Assembly (NCBI GenBank): GCA_964035545.1
Contig: OZ037773.1
Coordinates: forward strand, 8,337,751 to 8,401,750
Origin: Bugula neritina
Lineage: Eukaryota; Animalia; Bryozoa
DNA length: 64,000 nucleotides
Reading direction: 5' to 3'
The position numbers and the translations under genes were made by a program. Below are positions 1 to 11,268 of this stretch, in pieces. The first letter of the stretch is position 1. Each line of letters starts with the position of its first letter. The notes under the pieces were generated by a model that worked only from the letters and a program-made list of their open reading frames with translations, was not told the origin of the DNA and searched no databases.

Positions 1-1173
1 TTGTTGCTTAGCAAGTCTCTTATCTTCCTTAGCCTTTTCCTTGGCTTTCAGGCTACTTACCACTCGGTACACTAGGTATGCTGCAAGTTTCAAAAATTTG
101 TATACCAGTTTAGGTAAATGGAATAGAAGTTGCACAATCAATCCATTCAATATAAAATGAAGGATAGTTGATAGTGAAAATTTATAATTAGAAAATGTGC
201 TACCATTATTCTAGATGACTCATTTAACCTACAAACTTAATCTTACTTGAAAGTTTAAGCCAGCAAATTAATAAAGAAACAATGCAATAACACAACAAGA
301 GATTGGTTATAATTTGGATCAACTGAAAAATCAGTTTATCACAAGATATTTTATTACGACTCTAAAAGTAAGAGTAACATTACTACTAATAGTACTATAA
401 CATAATCATAATATTAACCTTATAGTTATAGCTATACTTATCATGATAATCATGTTGATATTTATACTTATAGTTATAGACTATAGTAGTAGTAGTAGTA
501 CTAGTATAGCTTAGTCTTAGGCTTATAGTTACCAGTAACATTAGCTAGGTTATGAGTTACTCAGTTATATGTATAGTTATAAACAGTAATACTCCTAGCC
601 AGCAGCCTAAGGGTAAGGCTGATGTCTAGTTCAAGCCTCATGTCATTGTCAAACTTCAAACTAAAAGTAAATACTGATAGTGATACTGATAGTGACTAAT
701 GTAACTGTAAGTGTAGTCTGGTATTGATACTCATAGTCATAGTGATACTCATAGTCATAGTGATACTCATACTGATAGTGATACTCATACTGATAGTGAT
801 ACTCATACTGATAATCATTATGATTATCATTCTCACTTGCAGTTACTATTAGTATTAGTATTCCTATTAGTATTAGTATTACATTTACTATTAGTTTTAG
901 TATTACTATTAGTGCTACACTAATAGTAATAGTGTAGAGTCAGTCTGATAGTGATATAATAATGAATTGATACAATATGAATAACTGAAAGAGGATAACT
1001 ATAAGTAACTATAAAATTAAGTATAACAATATGAATATAAATATTAATATGAATAACAATTTCAATTTGAATTACCTACCAAAAACAACTAGAACTATGA
1101 CAGATGCGACTATAAGAACGTTGTTGTCAACACTTTGCTTATAAATAGAATCTTCTCCAGCAAGCTCTACCAT
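1..1173 (-). CDS. Small single-pass membrane protein with basic C-terminal tail (partial, 3' end outside window)
   Basis: ATG at 1173. Exon 1080-1173 ends at GTAGGT donor (phase 1). Acceptor TGCAG, then exon 80-1. Spliced: MVELAGEDSIYKQSVDNNVLIVASVIVLVVFAYLVYRVVSSLKAKEKAKEDKRLAKQQ..., a ~20-aa hydrophobic helix followed by a Lys/Glu-rich tail. Not in the ORF track. Confidence 0.7.
670..815. repeat. Degenerate 18-bp/hexamer tandem repeat (GATAGTGATACTCATACT)
   Basis: Several consecutive copies visible at ~725-812 in intron 1 of the microprotein gene. Confidence 0.7.
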
Positions 1174-2900
1174 AATTGAAGTATATTTTATCGAGCACCA
1201 AACAAAAAACCTGTCTACTAAGATTCGAGATAATTTTAAATACACTGCAACCGTGCACAGCTGGCAACCGGAACCATCAGACGTGTCTAAGGTGATAAAT
1301 GAGAGTAGAAAATATAGTAGACATAGAGTTTTCTGAATTAAAACCGCTAGGAAGGGTAGAATATTGTATGCGCAATATTTTCAAAATAACTTTATGAAGA
1401 AGTCGCGCTATCTATTGTTAAACACCCAAAATCCTACAAACATAACTATATTGAAGTTGCGAAGTTTTCATATAAACCCATATTTAAGCAAACTTAAAAA
1501 ACATATTGCGGTAAACCTGAGTCAAACTGTTTGCTTTTTAATCGAGTTCCTGCAACTGCAGTTTAAGTTTATGTAAGCTTCGCCTTCACCTTGTACTATA
1601 ATTAAAATTATTATTAATATTAATTATTATAACGTTAGTTTGTAATTGTTATTATCATTATGGGAATAAATTTAAATGATATATTGTGTTTGTTTAATTT
1701 AGAAAATTTTATATTAGCTATTCAGTTGCATTATTATTATAGCAATATAAGACCGATTATCAACGCATGTTCAACTTCAGTCTTCATGTTGTCGTTGAAC
1801 TTGAAGTTGAAGTTGATGTTCATGTTGATGTTGAACTTCATCTTTCACCTTGATGTTTACATAATGATAATGAGAATTTTAATAAAAATATTACTAATAG
1901 TTGTAGTTATTAGTATTAGTTTAATATAAATTATATTAATATTATTGAATTGAAAATTAAAAAAAAAGTTGTATTATATTTACTATTAGTATTACTAATA
2001 GTAATGGTATTAGTATTAGTATTAATAATGTTTGTATTTTATAGTTATTGATTATAATAATAATAATAATATTTATTATATTTATAACGATTTCAATGAC
2101 TATTATTGTAATAAAATAAAAATTAGTATCATTTTAATAAAAATTAAAATGATACTAATTTAGTTTTACTTGTTTTCATGTTGCTGTATGAACTTGAAGC
2201 TGAGTATAACTATCATTAAGATTGTATGTAAATTCTGATGGTTATTAATAAGTTATATTATTATTAATGATAACTATTTTGTTTATACTCAAAAAAATTT
2301 GAAGTGCTCTCTCCTCAGCTTCAAGTGCACAAACATGGTGACTCAGGTGTTATGATTGTGAGACAGTTCTACTAGCATGCTATTTTAAACTTGAAATTAT
2401 TGAGGTTCAAGTCCTTGGCATTGTATGCTCTTAGGCTAAATGAGCAGTGAGTTGCATAAATTGAGTTTATTTTCTGGTGACAGTTCAACTAGTCAAAGAT
2501 ATCTGATTTCTAAAGGTTTAGTTTTATTATAATATCTTCTTGTACGGCAGTTCTTATCAGTAGTGCATGCCTTTCTTCTGTTCTTTAGATTAATCTATTT
2601 CAGAGAAGTCTGTTCTTTGGTTGTTGTTTATAAATTCTGAATGAAATTCACATTATGTTGTGACTGTTTATCTTACAACTTTTTCCTGTGGATAAATGAA
2701 AAAAATTACAACTTATGTAATCTTTTGTTGGACTGCATCAAGTTTATAAAGAAAATATTGAAAATTAACACATGCCAATGACACATATATGCAAAGTAAA
2801 GATAATATTATTTATCAAGTGAATTTTTTTCATCAGTCATCAGAAGTGTATTGTTATTTTAAATTATTTTGCAGAGTACTTGGATGAATGTAATGGGAAG

Positions 2901-5900
2901 ATGAGACTTCCAAAATATATCTTTCCAGCTTCGCTTTTTGGCACTGCGTTTGGTATTGCCGTGATAATCAAGTGAGCAGATGTTTTATTGTATCGATTTT
3001 TCTGTATTCTAAAACAGAATTTTTTAAAGTTCTTGTGTTCAAGTTTGTAAACATTGCACATGTTTTCATGTATGAAAAGGAAAGTTTCATCTTTTTTGTT
3101 TTCAGGGATAGAAGTCTGGGTCCCAAGTATGAGAATGACATCAGGTGTAGTGGCAGAACTGTGATAGTGACTGGAGCCAACTCCGGTCTAGGCAGAGAGA
3201 CGGCGCGGGAATTGGCTAAGCGTGGTGAGAATTTGATACTTTGTACGCTGATGAGTTCTCAATCAAATATTTTTTAGATAAATATGGCTTTTAGATTGTC
3301 ATTTGCAAGGTATCAGTCAGATAAGTATTAGGTAAGTCAGTAATAAGTGGGTAAATAGTAGATAGGTAAGTATATTATGTAGAAGATAAGTTAGTAGTAT
3401 CAGCATAATTAAATACATATTAAATAAGTAATATGTGTTAATGTGCAAGTAGTAAAAGAAATAAAGACAGTTGGGTACATCTTGGGTAGAGAAATCTTAG
3501 GTAGATACATTTTAAGGTAAATACATCTTAAGGTAAGTACATATTAGGTAAATAAACATATATGACATAATTATGTGTTAGGTATTGTGTTCTTTGTTCT
3601 AGCTGTAGTTTCTGTTCTATTCAGGTGGGAAGGTAATTCTAGCATGCCGAGACCTCAAGTCTGCGTATAAAACTCGAGATGAAATCATAGAAGAAACTTT
3701 TAACAAGAATGTCTCTGTCAAACACATTGACCTCTCCTCTCTAGACTCTGTAGCCAAGTTTGCTCATGACATTCTCTCTAGTAAGAGGACAAATCTTGTA
3801 ACATCTGTTTCATAACTGCTTCAATAAAGTTTTTGAAATTTAACTTCAATATTTTTCAAGAAAAAAAATGTATTTTTAATTAGTATTTGTGTTTCACAAA
3901 TCAGATTTGGAATGGCGTATGAAGGATTAAATGGCTTGTAGCTAAGATATTGGTACTTTGTTTTGGAGTAAAAGTTATTAATTTTAAGTTCTAGCAAATT
4001 ATTTGGAGTTGTCTCTATTTTTAGAGATAAATGACTTTCAACTGTAAATGGAGAATATTTGCATCTATATCATATTTACATTGTAACATATTGATAGTTT
4101 AGTTAATTTGAATCTTGTTTTTTGCTAAAAGGTTATGCACAATTTCCAGTCATTTGCAAAACCTCTTTATTTATTTTTGTTATTAAATATGCCTACAACA
4201 ATGAGGTGCAGCTACCAACCATGACACAATGTTGAAAGCAAAGTAGTTCAGCATTAACTTGGTGGCCATTTTCTAAAATACGTATTGTCGTGAGCAGAAT
4301 AGACATGATTGTATTTTCAGCTGAAAAGAGGTTAGATGTTTTGGTGAATAATGCCGGACTCATGCATATTTCCAAATCGAGGCAAGTGACTGCCGACGGA
4401 TTTGAGTTGCATCTGGGTGTTAATTATCTGGGTGAGACTGTACACTCTTCACTACTTACTATATACTCTTCACTATATACTACTCACTATATACTATTCA
4501 CTATATACTACTCACTATATGCTACTATGTATATAATCTTCACAGGAGCATATTTGCTGACTCAGCTATTGCTGCCAAAGCTCATCCAATCACGTCCCTC
4601 CAGGGTGGTAAACCTAACCACTGTGTCAATGAACAAAGCCAACATAGACTTCGCTGACTTCAACCTAGCCGCTGACTATGACCCCTACAACGCCTACCCT
4701 AGAAGCAAACTGGCGCTCATGTCCTTTACACAACTCTTCAACCAGAAGTACAAAGGTCTGTGGGAATAGAATATTCCAGAATGTCTGAGTCATCTTAGTA
4801 TAAAATGAGTCAGTGTTTGATAAGTTGTACAGTGCGCCACCACACTTGAGAGAATATAGATTGAACTTCCATGTGTTTTATATTTACAGAAAAACGAATT
4901 CATTAAATCAGTCCAAATTGACTAACTCATTTGTTAATCTTTTTTTATTAATAATCTATTCTATTGAAATACGTTTGAACAAAGCAGTAGAAGTTCACTT
5001 TAAGCATTTTATAAATTCTAATGTTTTCAAAATTTAGAAAATTCTTGCAATAAACTTTTTGTTACTAAAGCATATTATTTAATATATAATTCTATTTAAT
5101 TATATCATATTTATTGAATTTATTTTATTGCATATTTAATTAATTATATTATATATTTGTATTGTTATATTATGTAAGTAATATATTATATTATATATTT
5201 GACTTATTATATTATATATTTGATTGTGCAACTATTTGTTAACTTCCATGTATTTTGTGTTCTTAGCCCAAGGTGTCACTTCATATGCAGTATATCCAGG
5301 GGTGGCCACAACCAGCCTAGCCAGAGGTCTCTCTCAGTCTACTATATCGTCTGCGGTGTTCAAACCAACATCATTACTTATGAGGTAAGCCTTTTTTAAA
5401 AGCAGAAACACCTAGCCTACTACAAAAAATTGTTTTACTGAATACAAGAAATCAGTATAATATTCCTTATTACCAATTCTATTACATAAATTGCATATTA
5501 TAAGTTTTACTTTTAATTGTAAAAGGGTAAAATAGAAAAGTTATCATGATTATGTTTATTTGCAGGTAATTTATTAACTTGTGATGTAACTTGCAAGCAT
5601 TGTATATTAAAATTAAGTATGATTGTAAGCTGATCATACAAAGAATATTTATAAATAGTACATCAACCGGTCTAGTTGCGTTACTCTACGCTATATGCAG
5701 AAGTTGTCTACCCTTATGAATTTATTTAATAAATTCGGGTTTGTCTCCCTTGATAGTTTGCAATTTTAAAAATTAATAGCAATTTCTAATATTTGTTCGT
5801 CAATTAAAATTATATTTTATTACAGTTTTTTTTTATTTTGGTATGTTTTTCATGATATTTCAAGCCTATTTTATAAAATTAAACAAATTTAGGCGGTGTT

Positions 5901-8900
5901 TTGAAATTACACACCTGGACTATCGCAATGTAAATTTAACTAGTTCACACTCGTGACCCTCCCAACTCATACTTACCTGGCACAGGGGCATCCGTGATCA
6001 AGAAGACGGATCCCCCAGGAAGAGGCCTTACCATTGCACTTCGGTTTGGTTGACGCCTGCGATTATCCCAAATGTGGATAACTCGGGTGCGTAATTTTTG
6101 GTAGTGGGGGACTGCGTTCGCGCTATCCCCTGATAATTCAATATAAGAAAACTAGTCTTAATCACTCAATTATACCCTTAATAGTGAATCAATTGCTATT
6201 TGCGCGAATAGACCATGTAAAACTCAGCCAATCAGCGAAGTGTACCAGGTCAATGTCTTACCATTGTAACTGATATAAAATTCTGCAAGTTCAATTGCAA
6301 AATGCATGCCTCTAAAAGCTAGTTGTGCAACTTTTTTTTCATGCATTATTTAATTTCATATCTTAAATTGATGACTCTTGAAATTATTTTTTAAAATGCC
6401 TAAATTAAGTGTTTATAAAACGCAATTAAAAATTGCATGTCTAGAAAAATGACCTGGTACACTTTTGCAACTTAAGGCCAATTATTACATAACTGCCAGC
6501 TTAGTAGTTATTTGTTGTTGCAGCTTGAATGGGTTATTGTTTAGCATTGGAAGCTTGCAGTAAACATCTGTGAATTTGGTACATGACTTTGATTGGCTGG
6601 TTTTTGAATGGCCCTTTAGTATATGCATCTGGATGGCTGGGTAGCGTGGACTCCACCTACATCTAGCTAATGTACAGTAGCCAATCCACAGTAGTATTAC
6701 AAAATTTCTGTTTACCAAATGAAATATTCTGGTCATTTGTTTTGTACTTTACAATAGTAAATATTCTATTCAACTAGAATTTTATTGTATGTAAGCCATG
6801 GGAACTACTAAGAGGTTAAATCAACCACCCATGCTGGTAATATTGTAGCTCACAGTAATAGCAAGTCCACACCGTATAAGTATACACATAAGCTATTATG
6901 TGCAGCTTATGAATGCTGAAATGACCCCATTTCTTACTTTCAATTTGAAAAAAATTGTATTACATATTCTGCCACTTCTGCACCAGGAACTTGTTTTCCT
7001 TTTAAATTTTGAAAATAGTAGTCAGTTTCTATAGCAGTCAACATCCACAACGTAAGCTTTCAAATAAACTATAAATATATGGTAGCATATTGGCTTTGAA
7101 AGCTCAGAGGGATGTTCAGCTTCTCTCTTGTTGGAAAAACTATTAGATTGTTCAGTTCTCTTGCTAAAATATCTAATGTGTTTTTGAAGGTTTTGCTTGC
7201 TAGCAATCTAGAGATATAAAAAAGGCCAGCAAGTATTTGAAACTGTAAACCTTGACGCAGCTTCATCAAAGCCAATAAAAGTTTATCTTGTCTTGTTAAC
7301 TTTTTTCTGAGAGTGAGAACTTTCATCTTCAGACATATAAATCTAAATATAGAAAATAAAGAATGAAAATTAAATTATGATTCAAATTATAATGTATGTG
7401 CTAAATAAATTTTGTGCTTAGTTTGTATTCATTCAGCAGTTTTTACCCTCTGGTAAGTAGCTTCAGTTATATTTTGCAACAACTATGAAGTTCAAGAACT
7501 GCTAGCTGAAGGCTTGACCCAATATATCACCATCCAAACAGAATGTAATGTGTGTCAACATGTGTTACATAATACTGTAACAGTACATGGTAAGCTAGTT
7601 GTATGAATACATGCTTTGAATGAAGTTATGAGTTTAAACAAATAGTGTTGACAAACAATTATTACTTCATTTTATACTTATACTATAACTAATTCAAACC
7701 CATATTATTTCTAGAATAGCATTTAATAATGTTTGTGAATAAGTGAAACTAGTAACAAGTGTAAACCATTTTAGTTTTAAACACTGAGTTAGTTTCAGCT
7801 AAAAATTAGATTAGGAGGCCACTTTTGATAAGCTTTAAAATAACCAAGGAAAATTTAAGTCAAAACAATTTACTTTTCCTGGAGAAAGTGAGTCAATTTG
7901 TCCACAAATAAGACTGCTGCTTGTTTAAATAAAACCCTAAACTAAATAAGTCAAAGCATACAGATGACCACTGTGGTATTTATGAATATTTTACATAAAA
8001 CAACATCTTTAATAAAAAATGTATGAATGATGTACTCACACTGCAACAAATTTAATTAAAATGACAGTTTTACTACACATCAAATTTAATCAATGTACAA
8101 ATTTTAGCATAGTGAGACTTGCATTGTTTATTTGTAATAAACCATAGTCTATCTTTGCAATAAGAAAATTATAATTTTCACCTTGCTAAAAAATAGTATA
8201 GAGAACGTGTAGGTATTCCAGTATAGAATTTAGTTTGCTCATCTGTAGTGGTGAAAGTTTTAAAAACTTTTAGTTTTTCAATAGTTGCTTTTTGTTTAAA
8301 CGTGGAACTTTTTGAGCCTTTTCTTCCAACTTTTGATTTTCGTCTATCAATAGAATGTGCAGATCTTTTTTTCTGAGTAGTTGATGATTCTGGTAACTCA
8401 GTTACTTCTGATGAAGTCTGACTATGAGGATGGCTGTCAGATGAGTTCTGTTGCTCTATATCAGCTGACTCTGTTGATAACGTTTTCTGTTCGATTCCTT
8501 CACATGTTTCATTAAAACCACTGTTTTTTGTGCGTCTCACATTATATGCTTTAGTGCGTTGGTAACCCAAATGAAAGGTTGGAGTTGGATTTTGCTCAGT
8601 GGACTGACCATCCTTATGATTATGATAGTCTGCTATGCTCTCTGTAATCTACAGCTACCATTGGTGACTGATGAAATTTAGAATTTGAAGTAAAAATGTG
8701 TTATTTTTACCTGTGCCATTTTATAGAAATCTATATCTAGCTTTTATATAATATTCTTGTAATTTTTCATCATAGCAAGAACTAAATTACATTGTTTCCA
8801 CACTAATATTTCATATATTTATAGTTTATTTGAAAGCTTGCGTTGTTTATTGTGGATGCAGTTGACTGCTGCAGAAACTGACTACTATTTTCAAAATTTA

Positions 8901-10609
8901 AAAGGAAAACAAATTCTTGGTGCAGAAGTGGCAGAATATGTAATACAATTTTTTTCAAATTGAAAGTAAGAAATTGGGGTCATTTCAGCATTCATAAGCT
9001 GCACATAATAGCTTATGTGTATATTTATACGGTGTGGACTTGCTATTACTGTGAGCAACAATATTACCAGCATGGGTGGTTGATTTAACCTCTTAGTAGT
9101 TCCCATGGCTTACATACAATAAAATTCTAGTTGAATAGAATATTTACTATTGTAAAGTACAAAACAAATGACCAGAATATTTCATTTGTTAAACAGAAAT
9201 TTTGTAATACTACTGTGGATTGGCTACTGCACATTAGCTAGATGTAGGTGGAGTCTACACTACCCAGTCATCCAGATGCATATACTAAAGGGCCATTCAA
9301 AAACCAGCTAATCGAAGTCATGTACCAAATTCACAGATGTTTACTGCAAGCTTCCAATGCTAAACAATAAACCCATTCAAGCTGCAACAACAAATAACTA
9401 CTAAGCTGGCAGTTATGTAATAATTGGCCTTAAGTTGCAAAAGTGTACCAGGTCATTTTTCTAGACATGCAATTTTTAATTGCGTTTTATAAACACTTAA
9501 TTTAGACATTTTGAAAAATAATTTCAAGAGTCATCAATTTAAGATATGAAATTAAATAATGCATGAAAAAAAAGTTGCACAACTAGCTTTTAGAAGCATG
9601 CATTTTGCAATTGAACTTGCAGAATTTTATATCAGTTACAATGGTAAGACATTGACCTGGTACACTTCGCTGATTGGCTGAGTTTTACATGGTCTATTAA
9701 CTGCAACTTGGAAACTGTCGTCAACTGGTTCAAAATCTTGCCAGCAAGTTCAATGATGACTTATTATAAAGTAAATTCAATTACATCAAAACTGAGCAAG
9801 AAAACTAGAATTACTCAGCAGTAAGTATCAAACAAGAACGTTCCTACCAGAAACATGTGCTTGTATTTTTTACAGAACTCCAGAAAATGCCATTCAGTCT
9901 GTGATATACTGCTGCTTAGAGCCTGGCATAGAGGAAAAATCCGGCCAATGCATCAAGTGAGTGGATATTGAAATTGGCTGCTATATATTATTATACTGTG
10001 TTATTATAATAATATATTATATTATTAGGCTGGGTAATAGCAGCTGTGCAAGCAATTTTCAGTTCTTTCCAACTAGGAGTTGCAAAAGCTGAAAATTTTC
10101 AACACTTTAGTTCAAAGAGTGAATTTAAATAATTTTGCTTTCCAGTTTTGTAATCAGCATCTAAATATTATTAACTGAAAGCTTGGGCTGATCTATAATG
10201 GGAAGTTGTCCTTTCTCTACAAACTGGGAGCCGCAGAAGTTCCAAGAGTGTATTGAGAGAATTTTAATTTATAGTTTTGTGATCAGCAAGTGCATCTATA
10301 CACTATTACAGCAACTGAAGGCGTGGACTGATTTGTAATGAAGAGTTATCTTTCTAATGCTGCGGAAGGATAACTCCTGTATGTCATAAACAGTAGCTGA
10401 AGCTTAGTTAGATCTTAGCAACATTGATGTTACTTGATGCAGTGTATTGTTCATTTCTATTCAGAGACATGAAAGTGATGAAGTGGACATCAGAGCTGTC
10501 CAAGGAAGACTCTCTCAGACTCTGGAAGATTTCCCAAGTCTGGACTCAGCTGGATAAATACAGACAATCTTGTGACATCCCTACAGCTCAGGACCATGTC
10601 ATCAAATAG
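2901..10609 (+). CDS. RDH13: Retinol dehydrogenase 13-like classical SDR (336 aa)
   Basis: Exons 2901-2971, 3106-3224, 3625-3780, 4321-4431, 4546-4755, 5267-5384, 9876-9956, 10465-10609, all GT-AG with consistent phases (1011 nt). Motifs: TGANSGLG, ILACRD, DLSSL, LVNNAG, YPRSK (YxxxK), YPG. N-terminus YIFPASLFGTAFGIAVIIKD resembles the RDH13 N-terminus. Confidence 0.85.
4440..4535. repeat. ~14-bp tandem repeat (CACTATATACTACT-like) filling a 114-nt intron
   Basis: Repeats occupy most of intron 4432-4545. Confidence 0.75.
5905..5932 (+). promoter_or_regulatory. Probable snRNA proximal sequence element (PSE) of the U1 gene
   Basis: Position only: about -65 to -38 relative to the U1 start (TTACACACCTGGACTATCGCAATG). 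The lineage-specific consensus is unknown to me. Confidence 0.35.
5969..6132 (+). ncRNA. RNU1: U1 spliceosomal snRNA (164 nt)
   Basis: Starts ATACTTACCTGG. Has the SL1 loop GATCAAGAAG (U1-70K site), SL2 loop ATTGCAC (U1A site), Sm site AATTTTTG and terminal SL4 GGGGGACTGCGTTCGCGCTATCCCCTG. Full canonical length. Confidence 0.97.
6210..9695. mobile_element. Non-autonomous foldback DNA transposon, ISL2EU / PIF-Harbinger-like, with ~870-bp terminal inverted arms
   Basis: Arms 6210-7081 and 8812-9695 are near-identical reverse complements. Termini AGACC...GGTCT are flanked by an AT dinucleotide on both sides (6208-6209, 9696-9697). The spacer carries transposase N-terminal fragments. Confidence 0.85.
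7069..8615 (-). pseudogene. Truncated transposase (end of THAP domain plus HTH_Tnp_4-like domain, DDE domain missing)
   Basis: HKDGQSTEQNPTPTFHLGY (THAP C-terminal-like), DEQTKFYTGIP, then a probable intron ~8180-7345, then KLTRQDKLLLALMKLRQGLQFQILAGLFYIS...LIVFPTRE...IPLSF (HTH typical of Harbinger/ISL2EU transposases). It is cut off by the left arm just before the expected catalytic IDCTE motif. Confidence 0.75.
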
Positions 10610-11268
10610 ACAGAAAGTCTCATCAGTTTAGGCTAATTTAATCATTTGTATCAGCTTTGTGCGTTGAAAAAGCTTTGGAGCAACTGGTCAGTTTGAGTAA
10701 GGGAGTCACATTCGACCTTTGACACTGGAAAGGACTGCTGTTTGAAAGTTAGTGGGTTCACCACTGTATCACACTGAGTGTTGTAGTTATCAGTTACTGC
10801 TACTACTACTACTACTGTTACAGTAGCTAGGGGTAAATATATAGAGATATATTTGCTAAGGGTGTTTATTTCACTGTCTTCAAAATGTGACAGTCTTGGC
10901 TTTTCAAAAATGAAAAATTACATTCTAGTATAAAATAATGTATGGCATTCCGTAATAAAATCATCGGTAAAGCCACATCAACTTCAACAATCTTGTCAGT
11001 CAAACAATAATCATGATGGAATCCAATGCTCCTCCACCTTTACAGTGTAAAGAAATGCCAAGTGATAAGGAGATATGCGTAAATATCACTGAGAATCATG
11101 CATAAAAATACCATAAGGAACATTCTAGATTAATCTACAAAATGAAAGGGTTACTACTACTGGCTGACTATCAGAAAGCTAATAAATGTGATTGGTTAGT
11201 AAAACAGTCAGCTGCGATATCATTGGCTGTTGCAGCTACTAATATCATTGGTCTGTCTGTGTGTCCAC

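Noticed and set aside
1364-1929. Short ORFs in the promoter/first-intron region
   Set aside because: Low-complexity AT-rich sequence with no recognisable domain or splice support.
6210-9695. Dada-type U1-targeting transposon
   Set aside because: U1 is uninterrupted. The element has long TIRs, an AT duplication and a THAP/HTH transposase remnant, unlike Dada.
10105-10360. Degenerate ~140-bp direct duplication in the last RDH13 intron
   Set aside because: Old local duplication with no splice-site overlap or coding signal.
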